In this document: positions 56,049 to 64,000 of the stretch, one piece after another
Position numbering within the stretch: position 1 is the first letter of the stretch
How the letters are laid out: each line of letters opens with the position of its first letter
NCBI GenBank assembly: GCA_951406725.2
Contig: OX597814.1
Location: 82,026,001 to 82,090,000 of the forward strand
DNA from: Octopus vulgaris
Taxonomy: Eukaryota
DNA: 64,000 bases
Reading direction: 5' to 3'
The notes under the pieces: generated by a model
Databases searched by the model: none
The model's input: the letters and a program-made list of their open reading frames with translations, nothing else
Told to the model about the DNA's origin: nothing
Translations under genes and position numbers: made by a program

Positions 56049-56144
56049 TGACGAGTTCTCAGTTTCTAACTACCAAATTCACTCGCAAAATATTGCTCAG
56101 CCCGGGGTTAAGATAGGTGCCACACAGTGGGATTGAACCAGAAA

Positions 56145-56345
56145 TCCATGGCCTTGCAGTACTACCGGGGAGCTCTACCGGCTCGAGGCAAGCTCTACAG
56201 ACATGGAAGTGCTGTCAGACAGACCTGTCCGATGTGTGCGCAGGCCGATGAAACCGTTTTGCCTGTACTCGTCCAGTGTCAGTCCATTGCTGACCAGTGG
56301 AGCTTTGTCGAACAGCTGTTGTCACGTGTAGGACGGATCCGGTTA
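56145..56345 (+). pseudogene. Tx1/L1-like LINE zinc-finger (zf-RVT) fragment
   Basis: RGALPARGKLYRHG...TCPMCAQADETVLPVLVQC. Confidence 0.7.
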
Positions 56346-57850
56346 TCAACCTTCCCTTTTTTTCTAGTGGAAGTAGATTGCTTTCCTGAAGAAGCGTATA
56401 CTTTTTCCCTGCGAGGATGCCTAGTAACATTTTCCTTAAGAGCTTAAGACAAGCGATGGGTCGGTAATTGTCAAGCTCATTGCCCTTTGACTGATCTTTC
56501 ATCAGCAATGTTGTCTTTCACTCTACAATCCATTCCGGAACTGTACCACTTTGTAGGCAATTGTCTAATTGCAACGCAGTTCGTTTGTGTGTTGACCTAA
56601 ACCACTTGAGCCAGTAGCCGTGGATTCTGTCTGGTCCTGTCGCTTTTCAGTTTGGCAGCTTCGATACCTGTGTATTAACACCTTCCGTTGTTATGCGTAC
56701 ATAGTCCTGTCGTGAGTGATGGCGTTCGAATCTCACGAAATGAACCCACTCAGCACCGTGATGGTGGGAAACCTCTTGCCCCCAGATGTTATTCCAAAAT
56801 TGCTTGGTTTCCTCTGTTTCAGGAGGTATACTATCCTTTGTATCTCCTCCTAAGCTCATAAAAAACTGCCTCTGGTTATTTGCGAATAATCTGTTTTGCT
56901 GGAACTGCGATATGCGATCAATGTAGCGTTGCACCTTTAGCATATTTTCTCGAACACGTTTTAGGGTTTCGATAACAGTTTTGAACCCTTTCTTTTCTAT
57001 TTGATATTTTTTCCAAGGTATGCATTCACACCTTCTTTTGTATGTTTCCATTGCCTTTTGGACCATTCCTCTTTACGCAAGGTTTTAATATCGCCTTCAG
57101 TTCTTCACTTCCATCATGGCTCCTTCCATCCACCTACTTTCCTCTCTTTCTTTCCAAACGGTTCACCTACTAAAAGCAGATATAGTCCAGTGCCTTGTTT
57201 CCGATAGATCTTTTGTTGGAATGTACCTCAGGATTCCATCAACCTTTTGAGTAGCGCATTTCACATTGTTACGATCAAAGCATCTGAAATTCACCGGCTT
57301 GGTCTCTGATTTTGTAACCATTATATTCTCGAGTCTTATCATGAGGTCCCTCTATTCCTCGGTCCATATCCTCTCGTAATACTGTGTTCACGGCCTCCCC
57401 TCTACTACAACTTTACCTTACCTACTCATTCGCTGATCTTCACTTACATTATCCTCCTCCATGTTATCACAACAACAAAAGCCTTTCCTGATTGTCTGAA
57501 TTAGGATTTCATTCTTATCTGATTCATGATACCATTTTCATTAATCTGGAACATACTCAGCTAGTCCCAAAGTTCTAATGATCTTTTTCTGAAAGATTTA
57601 CATTTGGCATCGCTCTTGTATTGCAAGGCTTGTTCATGGCACTTAATTATCTTTTTATTCATATCAACAGTCCACTTGCGTTTGCGAGCACGTTGCATAT
57701 TTTGACCAATAGAAGGACCACGACCGGGTGGAGTCTAGTCTTCTACTCCGTTGCCCTTTGAGGGAGATCTGGAGTCTTGGACATCCGAGGGAGTCTTCTC
57801 GTACATGCCGTTATTTGGGTTGGTATTATTTATCACCATTGCAACGAATG
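56346..57850 (-). pseudogene. R4/Dong-like LINE N-terminal region and start of RT, decayed
   Basis: QQNRLFANNQRQFF, EETKQFWNNIW, ATGPDRIHGYWLKWF, LDNYRPIACL. Confidence 0.8.
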
Positions 57851-58427
57851 AGAATGATTTTCTACAGGGTTTGCTCCCCGTTTATTTGAGATTTTCATGT
57901 AAAGGGTCACCCGAAATACAACACCAGCTCTAACTTTGTTTCCGGCCAAGGCTTAGGAGTGCCACCGTTGCAGAGGTTACACTATAGACTACACCTATGC
58001 TGAGGTTACACTAATTCCCGGCATTGTTCACATGGACAGCCGCATACAGAACTACATTATCCGATATCTCCTTTCTCTTAGATGTTAGGTGCGATTTGAA
58101 AGTGATGTAACCTCTCTTTCTGTCATGCAGAATGAGTTCTCAGAGAATCCATTACTCATTTGCAATATCTTTCGGTGGATAGGCTCAGCATATGAAAAGA
58201 AATCGTTGCTTTTGTCCTTACTTCTGCAGCCACAGTGACAGTGTTGTTGTTGTTGTTGTTGTTGTTGTTATTTCTGGTTATGCTATGATTTGTAGCCACA
58301 GGAAATCGACGGGTGGGCCGGCAGGTTGTTGGCAGGTTGTAGTTGCTTTCTGTGTTGTTGATTTTGTTATTGTAGTTGTTTTTTCTTGTCTCTGAGCAGC
58401 CATCTGTCGCCGTTGCATATTCGTTAG

Positions 58428-59340
58428 CTTTATACCATCTTTTTTCTGTTGTTATTCCATAGTGTTGGCATAGCTTCCAGTGTATGTAGGTCCCAACCCT
58501 GTCGTGTCTGTAAGTATATTCCTTCTTTGCCAGAACTGGACAGCCAGAGATAATATGATTTATTGTTTCTTGTCCATCTCCACATATTCTGCAGTTACTT
58601 GTTATGTTTCTTTTCATTATATGTTTTTGGTAATTTCTGGTGGGGAGGCTTTGGTCTTGTGCTGCAATTAAAAATCCCTCCGTCTCTGCTTGAGTCTTGA
58701 GCTTCTCAAACATTGCTGGGATTTTTCTCTGTCTATTTCTTTTGCTTTTAGTTTAGTCCGGTATTTGCCATGAAGGGGCTTTTCTTGCCATCGTTTTATC
58801 ATGGTAAGTTGCTATTCTAGTTTTAGTTTGGCTTTCAATTGTTTTACAGCTTTTGTTGTTTCTTCTTCTTCTTTATATTTGTTACGTGGTATGATTTCTT
58901 GTTTGTATTTGTCAGCTTCCTTAAATACTGAGAACAGTTTTTTATTTTGCTCGTGTTTTGCGGCTATTTATATCAGTCTTCCTTGCTTCCGAAGTAGGTA
59001 TTTTTGCAGTCCTATGGTGGTTATTTTATAATAGTTTTCCAGCTGCATAAGGCCTCTACCACCTTCTATACGTTGTATATATAGCCTTTCTATGTCAGAT
59101 TTTGGGTGGTGCATCCTAGATCCTGTCATTATTTTTCTTGTTTTCCTGTCTATTTTGGTTAGTGCCAAGCAGAAAAGGAGTGGAGAGCGCGTGTCTCCCT
59201 GGAATATTCCTCTTCGAATGGGGATGACTTTGGTTTTCACGAGTCCCTCTTTTGTTAGGCGCTGTAGCACTGTCTGCCATTTAATCATAGAGTGTCTTAT
59301 ATATTTATAATTATTGGTGCTACTTTGTATATGGCTAATG
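58428..59340 (-). pseudogene. R4/Dong-like LINE RT to zinc-knuckle fragment, decayed
   Basis: RGIFQGDT.SPLLFCLAL, HHPKSDIERLY..GGRGL, ETEGFLIAAQDQ, CRICGDGQETINHIISGC, RHD. Confidence 0.85.
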
Positions 59341-59423
59341 TTCCGAGGATCCACGTGTGGAGAATACTATCAAAAGCCTTTCGGTAATTATTATTATTAT
59401 TATTATCATTATTATTATTATTA

Positions 59424-60718
59424 TATGTTTGACTTTTGCTTTATATTTGTACAAGTTGGCTCCAAGTCTCACCCGGAGACCTCAAGGGACAACAGGTTGG
59501 AAGTTCACGTTGTTGTTATGCCTAGTGTGCCATATATTTGGTTGTTTTTTGTGTTGTACTGGTGGATGTCTAAAAAAAATTTTTTGTTTTAAACCTTGAG
59601 ATTACATAGAAAGTATTTTGCGTAGGATATGAGCAGTTTCCATGAGCACTATCTTTTGAATTTCTGCCATTTTGGGGTTTCCTGGTATCTGAGTTAGGTA
59701 GCAATCAGTCCCTTTTGCTATCATTCCCAGGGCACCTATGACAACAGGTATTGTTTTAGTCTTCAGGTTCCACATTTTGCTGATTTCTATTTCAAGATCT
59801 TTATATTTGCTCAGTTTTTGGTAGGTCTTGACAGATACGTTTATATCGATTGGGACAGTCATATCAATGAGGAGGCATGTTCTTTGTTTGAAGTCTTTCA
59901 ATATGATGTCTGGCCTATTTGCATCTATCTTTCTGTCAGTTTGAATGGGGAAGTTCCAGAGGAGTGAGAAGTGATCATTTTCAAGTACTGGAGGTGGTTT
60001 GTGTTCCCACCAGTTTTTTTCATGGGGCAAATCCAGGTTTTTGCAGATTACCCAGTGAATATATTGTGCAGCTCTATCATGCCTGTTGAGATACTCTGTA
60101 GGCGCTAGAAGACTGCACTTGGAGACAGCATGATCAATGGTTTCATTTTGTTGTTGACATACACGACATGTTGGGCTACTGCCGTTCTTTAATATGTTGG
60201 CCTGGTAGTTCCTTGTTGGAAGGCATTGATCTTGAGCTGATATGATAAACCCTTCTGTTTCAGATTTTAAGCCAGAGGCCATTAGCCATTGATGGGTCAG
60301 GGCTTTGTCAACATCTGCATTATTCGCTCTCTTTGGGTATTTGCTATAGAGAGGTTTTACTTGCCATTTATCATTCAGAATATCTAAGGTAGCAGATTTA
60401 GCACGGGTTTTCATGCGTTTAGCTTTTTCTGTGCCTGTTTCTTGTATGTCTATCTCTAATTCCGAAATTTGTTGTATTCGGAATTCACTTAGATATTCCT
60501 TTGCCTGTTTTGTTACTGAGTATGATGCTTTCTTGTTTTCATGTTTTGAGACAAGTTTTAACATCCAGTCCTCAGTGTTTTTCAGGTAGGTGTCTAGGCC
60601 AATTGTAGCAATCTTCATTGTTATTGCCAGTTGTAAAAGTCCACGGCCTCCCTCTTTTCTTGGCAGATAAAGTCGTTCTATGTCTGCCTTAGGGTGGTGC
60701 ATTCTATGCATTGTCAAC
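59424..60718 (-). mobile_element. 5'-truncated R4/Dong-like LINE with restriction-like endonuclease
   Basis: Uninterrupted 371-aa ORF (59602-60717): HHPKADIERLY..GGRGL, CRVC..ETIDHAVSKC, RHD, RPDII..LIDMTVP, K..KY, PVVIGALG; ~180-nt 3' UTR; (TAA)n flanks. Confidence 0.92.
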
Positions 60719-60786
60719 TATTATTATTATTATTGTTGTTGTTGTTGTTGTTTTTGTTGTTGTTGTTGTTGTTGTTGTTCTTGTTC

Positions 60787-60824
<38 letters not shown>

Positions 60825-60859
60825 TTATTATTATTATATAGTAATAATAATTATAAAAA

Positions 60860-61006
60860 AGACATCGAAAAATACCTTAGGAATGAGAACCCAGGTTCGA
60901 AATTTCCCCATGATACCTGATGAAAGCTGGAGGGTATATCAGCCGAAACGTTTGTCAACAACAAACAAGATGAGGGCAAATATCCGTCAAATGTAAATAA
61001 TGTAAA
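60860..61006 (+). mobile_element. Short non-coding repeat with hammerhead motif
   Basis: cCTGATGA-a-aGCTG..CAGCc-GAAAC-gttt-GTC at 60916-60956. Confidence 0.6.
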
Positions 61007-61009
61007 ATA

Positions 61010-64000
61010 CTCAAGCATTACACCAGAAGATTTTGTCACAAACACTTACAAATCATTCAAACAACACAAAACACATACACACACTTAAAAACCCAATTCC
61101 CACAGGGATTCGGAGATTTTTGAGAGAATATCACCAAGAGAATTTTTGGTGAGTTACTGTTGGAAACACCCTAAGGCAACAGGAGAGACGGGCAATCCGC
61201 CCTTCCAAACAAAACCAAGTAAGCTTTTCTTTTCTTTTTCCGACAACATGGTCGTGTACAGAATAGGCAGCGTGAATGTACGTGGCCTGGGGTCGCCTTG
61301 GAAGCGGTCACCTGCTCAGCGACTTCAGGTCACTGAATGTCGACGTGGTGGCCATTAGTGAAACCAGAATTTCCGACTCACGAGACTTCCAACCCATTTT
61401 TGGTGACTATGAAGGAGGTGGGGTTACCGCGATGGTTCAGAAGAATCTGGATCTGGCAATACGGACGATCTTCCTGGCTCCAGAAGGTAAGTCGGTAGTC
61501 CTGGACATGACAGACAGCGAAGGACATACTTTCAGGCTAGTTGCCGTCTATGCGCCGACGGAGGCAGGTCGGCCAGATTTCTTTAGACTCTGGAAACTTT
61601 CCTGGGAACGTCCCGCTTTTTAGTGTTAGTGGGGGATTGGAATGGGGTTTTAGATGTGAGGTAGGACTGTGTGAGTTTAGCAGATAGGAGAGGACGGTGC
61701 AAAAGCCTCGCAAACATACTCAGACTATTCCAACTGTCTTACAGGTATAGACTGGATTTCCCGGATGTGCCAGTGTAGACCTAGTCAAACCGCATCGGGT
61801 AATTCATATCGTATTCCGTAGAGTAGCAGATAAGGAGATAAGGGTATTCCGTAGAGTAGCAGGTAAGGAGAGCATAGGTTGTCCACAGTTTAAAGTAGTC
61901 GACAACACAGACCACAAATTCGTGATCTGTACAGTCGACTTAGATGGGCTTCTTAGACAGGGACCCGGTTACTGGAAGCTGAACACGTTGTTGCCGGCGC
62001 GTAAAAATGTCAGTGACCGGATTAGTGAACTAGTTAAAAGGGTGTTGATGAGGGCAATAATCAACAATAAATGGTGGTTCACCCTGAAAAGGATGATTAG
62101 AATAGAATCGATAAGGTTTAGCCAAGGACTAGCATTAGAAAGGAACAAAGTAGAGATAGAGCTGGTCAAGAAGTTAGACGAGGCTTTTAGAAAAGGCAGC
62201 ATGACTAATGTGTTCGCAGCAAGATTGGCACTCGACCGATTCTTCAACGCGAAACACGAAGGAACGAAGGTCGTTCAATGAGTCCGAGTGGTAGAGGCAT
62301 GGCGTGGCAACAAATCCACGATCCGAGCCTTACCAGAACACAACAAGCAAACGATAGTTGATCCGAGAAAGATGTGTGCGGCCTTTCAGCGGCGCTTCGC
62401 TCGACTTTTGGGAGCAGCGGTGAGCCGGGTCACAGTATGGATTTCACGTCCAATCTCATCGGGCCGCCGCGGTTCTCGGCAACGGATGCGAAGCATTGCG
62501 AAAGGCCGATAACAGTCTATGAAATACGGAAAGCAATGGCTAGCTGCACGGTGAGTAATTCGCCCGGTTTGGATGGTCTGCCCTACGAGCTTTACGCTTA
62601 CATGCCAGATTTGTTGGCGACCTTTTAGCAAACGTTTACTGCAGCTGGCAAGTGAATGGGAGGATTACCAGTTTTGTGAGCCAAGGAGCGGTGGCGTCGC
62701 TGAGAAAAGACCCGAACAAGGGGAATTAATATCGACAACTTTAGGCCCATAACTCTGCCGAATGCAGGGTTCAACATTTTTTGCCAAGATGTTAGCTGCG
62801 AGGTTGGCGCTTGTCGTCAGTATCTGGTAGGCGAGGCACAGACATGTACCTTGCCGACAAGATCTATTCGCGACAACCGCCACCTCATGAGATGCATCAC
62901 TGAGAAAGTTGCTAAAGAACCTGGCTCGGGTGAGGCCCTGATCAATTTAGATCAGTCAAAAGCTTTCGATAGGATCTACCATCCATACTTGGCGGCGGTC
63001 CTCAAGGCAGCTGATTTCGGGCCTGTATTCAGGAGCTGCAATGCACAACAACATCTGCTCAGTGGTCAGAGTGAAGAGTCACTTCTCAAAGCCGTTCAAT
63101 ATCATGCAATCCGTCCGACAAGGTTGCCTTCTCTCGTCTCACTTGTATGTACTGACTCTTGAGTCGCTACTTCACAAACTGGAGGCGTTGAGGGGAATCC
63201 CGCGTAACCTAGGTTGTGGGAGATGCGTGTTGGCATATGTCGACGATATCACCGTAGTGGTGTCTGATCATAAACACATAGAAATGATCGGGAGTTTCAG
63301 GAGCGAGGATTAGCCAAGAAAAGTCAGTGGACTTGCGGCTCAGCACCTGGAGAAGCAAGTCCATGCCGTACAACAGTGTCGTTGGGCGCTGGAAGGAGGG
63401 ACCAGTTAAATTACTCAGGGTCTGGTTCTATCCGAATCTCCAGGTAGACAACAACTGGGACGAGGTAACGAGCAGGGTGACTGCTCTCACCCAGAGATGG
63501 GCCAAGAGAAAGCTACCCCTGAAAGGTTGAGTGGAGGTGGCTAACGCGTATATCGCATCCATCATCTACTCTCATTTGATCGTCGTGCCTTGTCCCACCC
63601 ACCATCTGATTACGCTAGAGCGTATACTCTTCCGCTTCTTGTGGAAAGGACGCGTCCCGATGGTCAGGTGCTCTGTCTGCTGTCAACACCGCTGCATGAT
63701 GGCCTGGGCATGCCGTGGTTATTAATGCGAAAACATACGCTAAGGCGACGACATCTCCAGTACTCCCTTGACGATGAACAGGTGCCGTCACCGTCCGCCA
63801 GACACGTATTTCCGCAGCTAGTTTCTTTAACAGAGCGGCAATTCTAGGCAAAACAGAGACCGAGAAGGAGCATTTGGAAAGTGGAATATCTTCAAGCGCT
63901 CACAGCTATCAGACAATCGGACACTGCGATAGGGCGAACGTCCACTTTAGCTTTTTATAGAGGATTAGTGGAGGAAAAGTGCAACGACGTTCTTTTGAAG
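61010..64000 (+). mobile_element. Tx1/L1-clade LINE, ORF2 (APE endonuclease + RT) pseudogene, runs off the window end
   Basis: From ATG 61248: GSVNVRGL, ISETR, VAVYAP, VGDWN, TDHK, GPGYWKLN, SPGLDGLPYELY, NLDQSKAFDR, VRQGCLLS, YVDD; multiple frameshifts. Confidence 0.92.

Noticed and set aside
57900-58060. 5' ribozyme of the R4/Dong-like element
   Set aside because: Could not assemble HDV-like or hammerhead pairings by eye

Overview
AT-rich, microsatellite-dense eukaryotic DNA. The repeat families look like an octopus (cephalopod) genome; this is recognition-based inference. No intact host gene is recognisable, and most listed ORFs are microsatellite artefacts. The window is mostly decayed transposable elements. 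These include Penelope-like elements (Naiad-type and Neptune-type GIY-YIG/RT), mariner, Tc1, DD37D-type and Tigger transposons, a hAT MITE with an 8-bp TSD, non-autonomous Helitrons, several SINE families, R4/Dong-like LINEs, Tx1/L1-like LINEs and RTE fragments. The strongest unexplained signal is about ten type I hammerhead-ribozyme motifs in short non-coding elements of several families. Several lie in fold-back inverted duplications, and one pair sits in a ~350-nt direct repeat (retrozyme-like). Also notable: LINEs inside specific microsatellites (Dong-like in (TAA)n, Tx1-like in (GATA)n), TGA codons at conserved Cys positions of PLE zinc motifs, and a possible HDV-like ribozyme remnant. 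All motifs and coordinates were read by eye, so boundaries are approximate.
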